Assembly: GCA_964626665.1 (NCBI GenBank)
Contig: CAZVGK010000001.1
Location: forward strand, 1 to 64,000
Direction of reading: 5' to 3'
Length of the DNA stretch: 64,000 nt
Source of the DNA: an uncultured Gemmatimonadota bacterium
GTDB lineage: Bacteria > SM23-81 > DAOVCL01
This document shows positions 44,933 through 55,403 of this stretch, piece by piece. Below the pieces are notes generated by a model. It saw nothing but the letters and a program-made list of their open reading frames with translations. It was not told the origin of the DNA and did not search any database. The position numbers and the translations under genes were made by a program. Position 1 is the stretch's first letter, and every line of letters begins with the position of its first letter.

Positions 44933-45850
44933 ATGAAGGATATTCACATAAAAAAGTGCAGACCATATGACACTAGCTGCCACTTAGAGGTGATTCAAAG
45001 CTGGCACGATGAATTCGAGTCCAGTATTGAATCACTCATCTCCTACCTTCAAATCCTCAATAAGAGCTCAAAGCAAGCTCGGGTTGAATGCGGCAAACAC
45101 TACTCTAAGATCGTCGAACTTACCCAAGCCAAGACAAGGTTTACTTTTGAGGTTTCTCACGAACTTAAGTCTCCATTAGCTGCTGTGTATAACATCCTTA
45201 ATACCATCATTGGAGGCTATCTCAAGGATGACACCGGGAAACAGATTGAACTTTTAATTCGCGCCCGCACCCGGGTCAGAGAGGTTATTGCCCTTCTCAA
45301 CGATCTCTTAATTCTATCCCGTCTTGAGGAAGGGACGGGGAGGTTAAGGAAGGGACTGATTTCTATAAATGAAGTTCTCCTTTCCGTATGTAAGGAGATG
45401 GAGGGGTATGCCGAGGAGAAGGGGGTTCAATTCTCGTATAGGTTTGCAGACGATTTGCCCTCTGTCTTTGGTAATCCCGAGCTTATCCGTAGGGTCTTTG
45501 CGAACATCATAGATAACGCCATTAAATATACCGACTCAGGGGGAAGTGTAAAGGCAAAAGCCGTAAGAGAGGGCAGCTTTCTACTGTTCCAGGTGAGGGA
45601 TACCGGTATTGGCATCAGGGAGGAGGAGCTTCCCAAGGTTTTCGATGTTTTTTTCCGCGGCAGTGAGGCAAAGCAAAAGGGCAAGAGGGAGGGAATGGGA
45701 CTGGGGCTCTCCCTGGTGAAACAGATTATAGATGACCATAAGGGGACAATCTCCATAAATAGCAAGTTTGGCCAAGGAACCACCGTAGTGCTCCGGTTTC
45801 CTGAAGCCCAGAAAGGAGGGGATAGTGGCGAAACGGATCCTCATAGTTGA
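44933..45850 (+). CDS. soluble sensor histidine kinase with short Cys/His-rich N-terminus
   Basis: SHELKSPL, NIIDNAIKY, DTGIGI and GMGLGL motifs. Confidence 0.9.
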   Translation: MKDIHIKKCRPYDTSCHLEVIQSWHDEFESSIESLISYLQILNKSSKQARVECGKHYSKIVELTQAKTRFTFEVSHELKSPLAAVYNILNTIIGGYLKDDTGKQIELLIRARTRVREVIALLNDLLILSRLEEGTGRLRKGLISINEVLLSVCKEMEGYAEEKGVQFSYRFADDLPSVFGNPELIRRVFANIIDNAIKYTDSGGSVKAKAVREGSFLLFQVRDTGIGIREEELPKVFDVFFRGSEAKQKGKREGMGLGLSLVKQIIDDHKGTISINSKFGQGTTVVLRFPEAQKGGDSGETDPHS

Positions 45851-46211
45851 TGATGACCCAGATTTTGTAGAGTCCACTAAGATCATTTTAGAGGCAAGCG
45901 GTTATGCAGTCCGCACAGCCAGCAATGGGAAAGATGCACTTGCCTTGTTACAGGAAAGGAAATCAGATCTTATTTTACTTGATGTTATGATGGATACAAA
46001 AGGAGAAGGTGTCTGGTTCAGTCAGAAGCTGAGAAAGGATAAAAATCTTCAGGATATTCCAATTCTGATGATTACTGCGGTAGATCAGGAAAGCAATATG
46101 CATTTTAATCTGGAAACAGATGAAGAGTATCTCCCAGTGGATGGATTTATTGAGAAACCAGTGGAGCCAGAGGATCTACTGAAGGAAATAGCCAAGCTTA
46201 TTGAAGGGTAG
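45825..46211 (+). CDS. single-domain response regulator
   Basis: ILIVDDD, LLDVMM and IEKP motifs. Confidence 0.93.
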   Translation: MAKRILIVDDDPDFVESTKIILEASGYAVRTASNGKDALALLQERKSDLILLDVMMDTKGEGVWFSQKLRKDKNLQDIPILMITAVDQESNMHFNLETDEEYLPVDGFIEKPVEPEDLLKEIAKLIEG

Positions 46212-46543
46212 TATCAGAGGTAAAGCAAGCACGTACTCCATATCTCTCAGGTTTTCTTTCTCCACCAGGTGGTAGCAACTGTCTTTGCAGCATCCCTTCC
46301 CACATCTCCATAAACCCTTCCCGTGAGGGCTGTCTGGTGACGGGGTTTTCCATGCTATTTACGATCGAACACTATTTTCAGCCCCTTTCGCCATCCTTTA
46401 CCCCACCGCACCTCAAAGGATTTCCCCCAGTCTACCTGGATAATATAGGAATTCCCAATAGCAGGTGAGGACAGATTTCGGTCTGTCCCTGCAGGGTGTT
46501 ATTACTCAGGTCACACTATAGTTTGCACATTGGTATTTCATTG

Positions 46544-46645
46544 GTCATTGCGAGGCTTGTCCCGAGCGCCAGCGAGGGAACTCAACGAAGCAATCCCACT
46601 GGTTTTTTGAGCGGTTAGGGATTGCTTCGCTTCGCTCGCAATGAC
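46544..46645. repeat. GTCATTGCGAG REP-like pair
   Basis: gtcattgcgag...gaagcaatccc...gggattgcttc...ctcgcaatgac. Confidence 0.85.
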
Positions 46646-46962
46646 TTTGTTCATTGTAGAGTTATTAGTGGGTGGGAAAAGTGCTCCGGAGCCAATCCCT
46701 TGGCCATTTCACCCAGTTTCCCACATGAGCCAAAGACAGTTTCGATTTTGGCTTAAAGATTTAATGAGACAACCCCTCGATTTCAAAATTGGTTTGACAC
46801 ATTGGAGTCCACCGTATATATTTCAATTGCCAGTGTTTCCGGGATGGGAAAGCGATAGTCAACCAGTGATTCGTCAGTGGAGTGTTTTAGGGGGAGGGGT
46901 AGATGTTTCTACAACACTTAACTTGTCTTAGGCCGTGCTTGTTTAGAGAAATGGGTAGGTGA

Positions 46963-48945
46963 ATGCGACACGCTACATTAAGAACAAAGTTAACATTTAG
47001 CTTTTCCCTGGTTATTGTGGTAGGCGTTTTCTTGTCAGTAATTATAGGTATACGGTTGATTGGTAACACAATTATAAGGCAAGCGCAGGATAAAGTGAGG
47101 CTCGATCTCAACTCTGCGCGAGAAGTGTATCACCAGGAAAGCCAATGCATTAGAAACACAGTCCGTTTAATTGCAATGAGATTTTTTGTGAGAGAGGCTA
47201 TATTAACGGGTAACAGGAAAAAGTTGAGAACTGAGTTACAGGCGCTCAGGAAAAGGGAATCCTTAGATATACTTACTTTAGTTGATAAGAAGGGATGTGT
47301 TCTTCTCAGGGCAGGTAATCCAACGATCTATGGTGACCAACTGAATGATGAGATAGTTAATTGGATAATGGCAAAGAAACAGGCCGTAGTATCAACGCAA
47401 ATCGTCTCTAAGGAAAAGCTACAAAGGGAAGGTGAAAGCCTCGTTCAGCAAGCCAGGTTGGAATTGATCCCCACTCCCAGGGCCCGGCCAAGGACAGAGT
47501 TGGTGGAGACTTCGGGTATGATGATTAGAGCGGTAGCACCTGTTTTTGACTATAATGGTAACCTGATTGGAATATTGTATGGGGGGAAACTACTTAATCG
47601 AAACTATGAGATCGTTGATAAAGTTAAGGGCATAGTTTATAAAGGGGAAAAATATAAGGGAAAGGACATTGGGACTGTTACCATTTTCCAAGGAGATCTT
47701 CGTATATCCACAAATGTGAGAAGGATTGATGGTTTAAGAGCCATTGGAACTCGGGTCTCTCAAGAGGTATACGATCAAGTAATCGGAAAGGGGATCCCAT
47801 GGATTGGCAGGGCATTTGTGGTAAATAACTGGTATATAACTGCATATGAACCTATAAAAAACTTAGGGGGGGACATTATTGGTATGCTTTATGTGGGAAT
47901 GCTTGAGGCACCATACATCGATTTAAGGAATAGAGTCATATTCACCTTCTTAGGGATCGCATTCCTGAGCGTCATCCTTCTGTCAATAATAGCGTATCTT
48001 ACTACAACGAATATCGTCAAACCACTAAGAGAGTTGCTATATGCCACTAAGAAAGTCGCCAAGGGCGATTTAGCTCATCGGGTACCAATAAAGTCCCAGG
48101 ACGAAATAGGGCAGTTGACAGATTCTTTTAATCATATGACTATGGAGCTGCAGAAGGCTACCGAGAACTATCTGATGTTAAATAGGACATTGGAGGATAA
48201 AGTGAAGGAAAAGAGCAGGGAATGCAAGGAGGCCCAAGACCAGCTCATTCAGTCGGAGAAGTTGACCTCACTGGGTAAATTGGCTGCTGGGATAGCCCAC
48301 GAGATAAATAATCCTCTGACATCAATACTGATTAACAGTCATCTGATAGCAGAAAAATTGAAGGACGATGATCGCTTTCAGGAGAACCTGAATCTAATGA
48401 TAGATGAAACAACTCGGTGCAGCGAGATCGTTAAGGGGCTTTTGGAATTTTCCCGGCAGACTCTCCCCGAGAAGAACCCTGCAGATGTTAATGAGGTGAT
48501 TGCAAAAACTCTGTTGCTTTTGAGAAGCCAGCTCCTCGTCCATAATGTGAAAGTCGCTAAAGACCTGGTCGGCGACTTACCAAAGTTAATGATAGACATT
48601 AACAAAATCGAGCAGGTTTTTACAAACATTGTGTTGAATGCCATCGAGGCTATGCCAGATGGAGGGATGCTATCCGTTAGTTCTCAGATCTCAGCAGATA
48701 GCCGATTTGTGGAAATTGAATTTCGAGATGAAGGCGGTGGTATTCCTAAAGAGAATATTAGGCGGATTTTTGACCCATTCTTCACCACAAAAGGGATAAA
48801 AGGTACTGGATTGGGACTTTCCGTTAGCTATGGGATCGTGCAACAGCATAGGGGGACTATAGATGTGCGCAGTGAGTTAGGAGAGGGGACATCCATAACC
48901 ATACATCTACCCATAAATGAGGCAAAAAAACCTAAGTCAAAGTAG
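46963..48945 (+). CDS. membrane sensor histidine kinase (Cache + HAMP, NtrB-type)
   Basis: Two TM segments, RISTNV..RAIGT Cache motif, DEIGQL HAMP, AHEINNPL and FDPFFTTK. Confidence 0.93.
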   Translation: MRHATLRTKLTFSFSLVIVVGVFLSVIIGIRLIGNTIIRQAQDKVRLDLNSAREVYHQESQCIRNTVRLIAMRFFVREAILTGNRKKLRTELQALRKRESLDILTLVDKKGCVLLRAGNPTIYGDQLNDEIVNWIMAKKQAVVSTQIVSKEKLQREGESLVQQARLELIPTPRARPRTELVETSGMMIRAVAPVFDYNGNLIGILYGGKLLNRNYEIVDKVKGIVYKGEKYKGKDIGTVTIFQGDLRISTNVRRIDGLRAIGTRVSQEVYDQVIGKGIPWIGRAFVVNNWYITAYEPIKNLGGDIIGMLYVGMLEAPYIDLRNRVIFTFLGIAFLSVILLSIIAYLTTTNIVKPLRELLYATKKVAKGDLAHRVPIKSQDEIGQLTDSFNHMTMELQKATENYLMLNRTLEDKVKEKSRECKEAQDQLIQSEKLTSLGKLAAGIAHEINNPLTSILINSHLIAEKLKDDDRFQENLNLMIDETTRCSEIVKGLLEFSRQTLPEKNPADVNEVIAKTLLLLRSQLLVHNVKVAKDLVGDLPKLMIDINKIEQVFTNIVLNAIEAMPDGGMLSVSSQISADSRFVEIEFRDEGGGIPKENIRRIFDPFFTTKGIKGTGLGLSVSYGIVQQHRGTIDVRSELGEGTSITIHLPINEAKKPKSK

Positions 48946-48985
48946 TAAGCGAAATGTTATGGGTAGAAAAGAAAGGAGGACATAG

Positions 48986-50281
48986 ATGACCTGGATTGAT
49001 GATTACAAGGGGAAAATCTCATCTCTTGAGGAGGCAGCATCTGTTGTAAAAAGTAAAGACAGAGTTTATACAAGCGGTAATGCAGCGACCCCTCTTACCT
49101 TACTGGAAGCATTAGCGAATCGGAAGGATGAACTTCAGGATGTTGAGATTACACATGTGCTGTTACTCGGCAATGACCCGCTTTCCAAACCGGGAATGGA
49201 AGGCCATTTCAGACACAATTCGCTTTTTGTGGGACCCGCCGACAGAGAAGCCATAAACGAGGGACGTGCCGATTATATCCCCATATTCTTGTATGAAATA
49301 CCAGACCTGTTTTACTCCGGGCTGCTTAACCTTGATGTGGCGTTTGTGCATTTGTCACCTTCTGATAGCAAAGGCTTTATGAGCTTTGGCGTTGAATGTC
49401 TGGCTTCAAAAGCCGCGGCCGAATCGGCAAAAATTGTTGTGGCTGAGGTAAATGATAAAATGCCAAGAACATTGGGCGATTGTTTCATCCATATTTCTCA
49501 GGTAGACAAAATTGTGGAAGTCTCCGTAGACTTACCCGAGCTTTTGCCAAAAGAGTTTACAGAGGTGGAAGAAAAAATCGGCAGCTATATTGCAGGTTTG
49601 GTTGAAGATGGCTCTACGATTCAACTGGGAATAGGAGGAATACCAAATGCTGCACTTCAGGCTATGACAGGTAAGAGAGATCTGGGGATACATACGGAGA
49701 TGGTTTCAGATGGGATAATAGAGGCAATGGAGAGTGGCCTGATAACAGGAGCCAAGAAGACCTTACATTCCCACAAGGTTGTTGCCACATTCCTTTTTGG
49801 TTCAAAAAAGGTCTACGAATATGCACACGATAATCCGGCATTTGAAATCCACCCCGTGAATTATACAAACGATCCTTTCATTGTCGCTCAAAATGAGAAG
49901 ATGGTAGCCATAAATTCGGCGATAGAGGTTGATTTGACCGGCCAAGTATGTTCGGATTCAATCGGAACCAGAATTTATTCCGGTTTTGGCGGTCAGGTTG
50001 ATTTTATCCGAGGTGCTGCTCGATCGAAGGGTGGTAAACCCATTATTGCGTTGCCCTCAACAGCGAAAAGGGGCGAAACCTCAAGAATAGTTCCCTATCT
50101 TAAACACGGAGCGGGAGTTGTGGATACAAGAGCAGATGTTCATTATATCGTGACGGAATATGGGGTCGCACACCTGCATGGTAAAAACCTGAGGGAACGT
50201 GCTCTGGCGTTGATTAGGATTGCCTGCCCAGAGTTTAGGGAGGAACTGGAAAAAGAGGCAATTAAGAGGAAATTGTTGTAG
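48986..50281 (+). CDS. acetyl-CoA hydrolase / 4-hydroxybutyrate CoA-transferase family
   Basis: QLGIGGIP, HTEM, SGFGGQVDF and VTEYG motifs. Confidence 0.93.
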   Translation: MTWIDDYKGKISSLEEAASVVKSKDRVYTSGNAATPLTLLEALANRKDELQDVEITHVLLLGNDPLSKPGMEGHFRHNSLFVGPADREAINEGRADYIPIFLYEIPDLFYSGLLNLDVAFVHLSPSDSKGFMSFGVECLASKAAAESAKIVVAEVNDKMPRTLGDCFIHISQVDKIVEVSVDLPELLPKEFTEVEEKIGSYIAGLVEDGSTIQLGIGGIPNAALQAMTGKRDLGIHTEMVSDGIIEAMESGLITGAKKTLHSHKVVATFLFGSKKVYEYAHDNPAFEIHPVNYTNDPFIVAQNEKMVAINSAIEVDLTGQVCSDSIGTRIYSGFGGQVDFIRGAARSKGGKPIIALPSTAKRGETSRIVPYLKHGAGVVDTRADVHYIVTEYGVAHLHGKNLRERALALIRIACPEFREELEKEAIKRKLL

Positions 50282-50409
50282 GGACTCCGCCTTAGTGGAG
50301 TCCGAGGAGAGCGGAGGGGTATAAGCGTCTCTCCTGATCAGTTTATGAATAATCCAGGTTTGAAATGTAGTGTGGTCAACCACAAAAATCACAGTTTAAG
50401 GAGGGGAAA

Positions 50410-51201
50410 ATGGGAGAAAAAGCAAAGATTTTGGTTGTTGATGATGAGATATCAGTTTGTAAGAGTATAGCCAGTGCATTAGAACCTGAACAGTATATTG
50501 TGGATATGGCACTTAGCGGAGAGGAGGCCCTGAAGAAGGAGGCAAAGAGCAAATATGATGTTATCGTTACAGATTTAATGATGCCGGGTATAAGCGGCAT
50601 GGAACTCCTGAAGAAGGTTAAAAAGGAAGGGCCCGGTGCAAAAGTAATAATGATTACTGGATATCCCTCAATTAAATCGGCTGTGGAGTCCATTAGATTG
50701 GGAGCTTTTGACTATATACCCAAACCATTCACCCCCAATGATCTACGGAGCCTTGTCTCCAGAGCCCTGGAAAGTAGGCGCTATCGTGAACGGGAGGTGG
50801 CTGGGGAAGCCGGGCCAAGGAAGAAAGAGGAAGAAAAGATTTCTGTTCCTCAGGGTTTATATTGTATTCCGGAGAATTCGTGGGCGATGATAGAGCAAGA
50901 CGGCAATGTACGCGTAGGGATACATCATGTTTTCCTGAGAACTATTGGAGAAATAACTTCCGTCGATCTTCCCAGAGAGAATGAAATAAGGTATCAGGGA
51001 GAAGCTTGTTCAAGAGTGACGGATTCTCACCTACATGTGCACAGGGTATGGACACCAGTTGGTGGGGAAGTTATTGCGGTAAATGAAGAAGTAGCAAGGG
51101 ATTACTCCAAATTGGTGAAAGACCCCTACAAAGAGGGGTGGACATTGCTAATGGCGCCTATACATTTAGATGAAGATTTGAGGAATTTAGTCCCTTCTTA
51201 A
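50410..51201 (+). CDS. response-regulator receiver fused to a glycine-cleavage-H-like domain
   Basis: REC motifs (VVDDE, TDLMMP, PKPF) plus VRVGI..GEI..VDLP..PVGGEVIAVN..DPY.EGW. Confidence 0.88.
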   Translation: MGEKAKILVVDDEISVCKSIASALEPEQYIVDMALSGEEALKKEAKSKYDVIVTDLMMPGISGMELLKKVKKEGPGAKVIMITGYPSIKSAVESIRLGAFDYIPKPFTPNDLRSLVSRALESRRYREREVAGEAGPRKKEEEKISVPQGLYCIPENSWAMIEQDGNVRVGIHHVFLRTIGEITSVDLPRENEIRYQGEACSRVTDSHLHVHRVWTPVGGEVIAVNEEVARDYSKLVKDPYKEGWTLLMAPIHLDEDLRNLVPS

Positions 51202-51477
51202 GGCGCAAATTGCGGGACGAGAAACTAACCCCCCTTCTTGAAAATCCCCGCGGAGTTGAAAGAAATCCCCTGTTGCTGAGCCAAATTCCCGCTGTCGCAG
51301 CCATTAGTCTGCTCTCTATCGCCACCTATGAGGGCACAACTACTGTTGTGGTATATAGTCCTCCCCCATCAAGAGGAGGAAAGTGTTTAGAAATCCTGCT
51401 TATCTGCGTCCCATAGGATTTTCACTTTTAGACGGGATTGCCGGGATGAACAAGGTTCGTTAACACCGAAAATCATT

Positions 51478-54400
51478 TTGGATATTCCTAAAATCAAAAA
51501 CTTACTCCCTTCATTGAAAGCCCTCTTAGAAGGGCTTGATCCCACCACATTAGTGTATTTGGATAGCAATGGCCGATGGCTAAGGGACCCTCAGACTTTG
51601 AGAGACAGAATAGCCAATGAATTGTGGTTTAGAATCTGGGAGATAAAACTGAAGAGGGATTTCACCAAACAAATCAAAAGCATCATTTATCCCTTTATCC
51701 GAGATGAAGGCTCCTGGGATGTTACTTGTAGCGTTTTCCGTGGGATATTTGCTGAAAACTGTGAAGAAACTGACGACTTGCTTGTTATTATGGAAGTGCT
51801 CTATTTGCTAGTTGAATACGGTGCATACAAAACGGCCAGTGAGGCATATGTAGCTGATTGGGATGATAAAGGAAGGACAAGAAGAACCCAATACCTAAAA
51901 AAAGCCGAAGAATTCTTGGGTGACTTGAAGCGGATAGGGGGTGATAACTCCAAAGTTGATACCTTGTTCAAGATAATCGACCTACTAAAGGGAGATAAAG
52001 AATCCATCTTTAACAAGGTAAGTTTGATCATTGCTGAGGAGGAAAAGGTCAGGCAATATGTCAATGGTCTGCTCACCGACCTCAAGAGCGCTAAACAGGA
52101 AGATATTGTTAACGATTTGATTAACGGGGGGACAAGTTCAACACTTGGAATGATAACTACTGTGCCCGCGGCTCTTCTCCGCCCATGTTTGGCGTTGCTC
52201 ACTGATCCAGCCATTGATGTTTCCAGTGGCCTTCAATATGAGGCATCAATTATTTTGGGGAGGTTGAATGATCCCCGTTCTGCGGATACCCTGTTAAAGG
52301 CCTTGGAAACCTATGATCTAAAATACACCCATCTTAGGTGCAATTTAATATATGCTGCAGGTAATCTTAGACAGAAGAAGGCAGTAAGTCATCTCATTGA
52401 CATACTGGAGGGTCCTGATTCCATTGATGTTCGATCAAGTGACGGTTCCTTGGGGTATAATCAACCGTTGAGCTCGGAGAAACGTGAGGCTATCTGGGCA
52501 CTTGGCAAACTGGGAGCCAATGCGGTAGGGGTAATACCCGTGCTTATGAAGTGCATCGATATCGCAGATAGGGAAACACAACTTTGTCTGGCCTGGGCAA
52601 TGGGAATGATAGGCCGCGGACAGAAGGGGAAATTTGGAGGCATTGATGCAGGTATTGTAATAGCATTGTTGAACTTACTTATGGTTAAAGATGGCCAGAT
52701 ATTTGAAGAAGCCTCCTTTGCGTTAAGAGAATTGGATTTGCCTGATTTTCTTCATACCCTCTATCTACGCAACTTAGCCGCGGCCCCCGTGCTCTCCCTC
52801 AAACCGAGCAGCAACGGATTATACGAGCTTTCTGAAACCTTACTTCACCTGATGTCGATAAAGGGACTGGTTGTTATGGCAGTCACTGGCGACTCTGGAA
52901 CTGGTAAGACATATTTTTGTGAGGTAATAGCCAAGGGATTTGCTGGATTACGAGAAGATGAGATATTGTATCTCCTGAGGGATGATCCGGGACATATGAA
53001 GATATTTAACAGGATGCTGGGCATAAAATGGTTGAAGGGGAACGTTAGCCCGCAGTTTTACCAGGATTATTCGCTGACGGAATATGATGAGAACCCGGAT
53101 GAGTTTTTTGATGAATTTATCAGAGAATATTCACATAAGAAGCTAATTATTCTGGATGGATGGATGGACGAGGTATACTTTCAGCGCATAGTTGAAACCT
53201 TCTACGCCAAAGGCTATCTGGATATCGTAGTCAATTTTCGAACGACTTTCTCTACAAAGAGGCTCAACCTGGAAGAACGTGAGGGGTCATTAGAAAGCGT
53301 CCGCACTCATCTCTCCTATATCGAGGAGTCCGTGATTCAAGAGACGAGGCTTTATCGTGAAGGTCTCGTTCTCATATATGGTCTTGACAATTCGATACCG
53401 TCGCGGTTAAGCAGGGGAGAAATATTTGAGGTTTTCCAGAGAAAAAAGGTGGAAGCCTGGGGTGACTACATCAGGATCGGCAGGTTTGAGAGGGATGTCC
53501 AGCCATTGAGTATCGAGGATGGCACTTTATCGTCTCGCTGGGAGGAGATTATCTTTGAGATTGAGGGGATTTCCTCAGAGGGAGTTTCCCCCCTTACCCC
53601 CAATGAGGCAAGTTTTTCTCGCATATTGAATGAGGATATCGCTCAGGAGCCTAACCTTCTTCAAGTGATAAGGCTCAAGGATCTCAGCATCAATCGAATA
53701 GTATTCTATACGCAGGGGCAGATAGCCTACTGTGGCTATGACGGAAGTATTGGCATTCTCACAGGCCTGAATGACCGAATCCTCTATACCTATTTGTGCA
53801 ATAAGAAAGTAGATCGATTAACCATCGTTGATGGAGATATCTGGGCAGTTGATAGCGACGGAGATCTGAAGGTTGTATCTTTTCATAAAGCCACGATAAC
53901 AGATTTGGGGACAAGTAAATCCCCAATCTGTTCAATCGCTTCATTCCGGAGCGGCCGAGTAGTTACCGGACACTTTGATGGGACAATGAGAATATGGGAT
54001 ATTCAATCGAAACAAGTGAAAGTGATTAAAGGTTATGGGAATCCCATACTATCCCTGGCTGTCAATCGCCACGGAAGGATATTTTCAGGTGGCCAAGACA
54101 AAGAATTAAGGATGTGGGAGATAGAAAAGAATAGGGTGAAGATACTTGTTGGATATGAGGCCCCCATCGTGGCCATCGGTATATATCCTGATGGCAGAAT
54201 AGTAACAGGAAGTGGATTGGCCGACAAATCCGAGAATGGGAGGCCCAGAGGCAATGCTAAAATCAGGATAGTTGATTTTGAAACCGATACCTGCAGGATA
54301 TTCGCTCCCGGTGATACCGGATTGGTAAATGCAATTAATGCTTACTTTGATGGACGAGTTGTTGTTGGTTTAAAGGCCCCAGTCAATCGTGGTCCAGGAT

Positions 54401-54645
54401 GTAACCTCATCATTATAGACCCGCGTCCAGATTCCCCACAATATAAGACTTTGGGGGGGCATAGGCTTGAGACGAGGGATTGTATAACTATGGGGCCAAG
54501 GATCATTACCTCTGGAAGCGAAAGCGATTCTGAGCACACACTGCGCATCTGGGGCACAGAATCATATGTAAGAATGGAGTACGATAAATTAAGATTAATG
54601 CCTGAATCTATGGGTAAACCGCCCTATTATCGCACTCTCTTTTGA
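51478..54645 (+). CDS. large HEAT-repeat / P-loop kinase-like / WD40 protein
   Basis: HEAT-like REAIWALGKLG, Walker A GDSGTGKT, LIILDG, and WD40 units (GHFDGTMRIWD, GGQDKELRMWE). Confidence 0.8.
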   Translation: MDIPKIKNLLPSLKALLEGLDPTTLVYLDSNGRWLRDPQTLRDRIANELWFRIWEIKLKRDFTKQIKSIIYPFIRDEGSWDVTCSVFRGIFAENCEETDDLLVIMEVLYLLVEYGAYKTASEAYVADWDDKGRTRRTQYLKKAEEFLGDLKRIGGDNSKVDTLFKIIDLLKGDKESIFNKVSLIIAEEEKVRQYVNGLLTDLKSAKQEDIVNDLINGGTSSTLGMITTVPAALLRPCLALLTDPAIDVSSGLQYEASIILGRLNDPRSADTLLKALETYDLKYTHLRCNLIYAAGNLRQKKAVSHLIDILEGPDSIDVRSSDGSLGYNQPLSSEKREAIWALGKLGANAVGVIPVLMKCIDIADRETQLCLAWAMGMIGRGQKGKFGGIDAGIVIALLNLLMVKDGQIFEEASFALRELDLPDFLHTLYLRNLAAAPVLSLKPSSNGLYELSETLLHLMSIKGLVVMAVTGDSGTGKTYFCEVIAKGFAGLREDEILYLLRDDPGHMKIFNRMLGIKWLKGNVSPQFYQDYSLTEYDENPDEFFDEFIREYSHKKLIILDGWMDEVYFQRIVETFYAKGYLDIVVNFRTTFSTKRLNLEEREGSLESVRTHLSYIEESVIQETRLYREGLVLIYGLDNSIPSRLSRGEIFEVFQRKKVEAWGDYIRIGRFERDVQPLSIEDGTLSSRWEEIIFEIEGISSEGVSPLTPNEASFSRILNEDIAQEPNLLQVIRLKDLSINRIVFYTQGQIAYCGYDGSIGILTGLNDRILYTYLCNKKVDRLTIVDGDIWAVDSDGDLKVVSFHKATITDLGTSKSPICSIASFRSGRVVTGHFDGTMRIWDIQSKQVKVIKGYGNPILSLAVNRHGRIFSGGQDKELRMWEIEKNRVKILVGYEAPIVAIGIYPDGRIVTGSGLADKSENGRPRGNAKIRIVDFETDTCRIFAPGDTGLVNAINAYFDGRVVVGLKAPVNRGPGCNLIIIDPRPDSPQYKTLGGHRLETRDCITMGPRIITSGSESDSEHTLRIWGTESYVRMEYDKLRLMPESMGKPPYYRTLF

Positions 54646-54679
54646 TATTTTGAGGAATGGGGTCGGCAATATTAGACAG

Positions 54680-55372
54680 ATGAATCCTTTTAAAAATCAG
54701 ACAGTTACCGCTATAGTTAAAATCATAGTAGCCCTACTTTTGGGACTTTTCGTCCTTATGGTTGGGGCATTTGTAATGTCCTTTGATGACCTACCTGAGC
54801 TGATAAGGTCCAATCATACAACTATGCTATTCCTCTCCTTCCTGATTATATTGATTTTGAGCAAGGGCAGAATCTCAACTTATGGTTTTAAGCTAACAAG
54901 GGACATTCAGTTAAAGCAGATCACTTTGTGGAGTCTGGGCATAGAGGCTGTGGGGACCTTAATACAATCATTTATCCCAGGAGAAGAGGCGACTTTTTTT
55001 GAGGAATTTTCTTTCCCCCGGATAGTAATCTCCATCTGGATCTATGCCAGCATCTGTGAAGAGGTTCTCACCCGAGGATTAATTCAGAGCTATTTGAACT
55101 CGTTGGCTAAATATGGGTTTACCCTGTTCAAAGCGAGAGTTAGCCTACCCGTGCTGGTAGCTGCCCTGTTTTTTGGCTCTATGCATCTTGCCCTGTTAAC
55201 GATGGGTGTAGGCGGTTTTGTGGTATTTACTATTGTTTTCTTTGCCTTTATCCTGGGAATTATCGCTGGTTATTACCGCGAAAAAACAGGGAGTATTATT
55301 CCTGCCATCATTATCCATATGGCCTTCAATATATCGGGGACGATTATAGGATTACTGACTAAACTTTTTTAG
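54680..55372 (+). CDS. CPBP (Abi/CAAX) intramembrane glutamic endopeptidase
   Basis: EEVLTRG, FFGSMH and HMAFN motifs. Confidence 0.9.
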   Translation: MNPFKNQTVTAIVKIIVALLLGLFVLMVGAFVMSFDDLPELIRSNHTTMLFLSFLIILILSKGRISTYGFKLTRDIQLKQITLWSLGIEAVGTLIQSFIPGEEATFFEEFSFPRIVISIWIYASICEEVLTRGLIQSYLNSLAKYGFTLFKARVSLPVLVAALFFGSMHLALLTMGVGGFVVFTIVFFAFILGIIAGYYREKTGSIIPAIIIHMAFNISGTIIGLLTKLF

Positions 55373-55403
55373 GATGATATTCAAAGGAAGAGGAGGGTTT
55401 TTT

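Noticed and set aside
46641-46931. 96-aa ORF, and ORF 51210-51416
   Set aside because: Each starts in or includes repeat DNA, with no SD or family motif that I can recognise.
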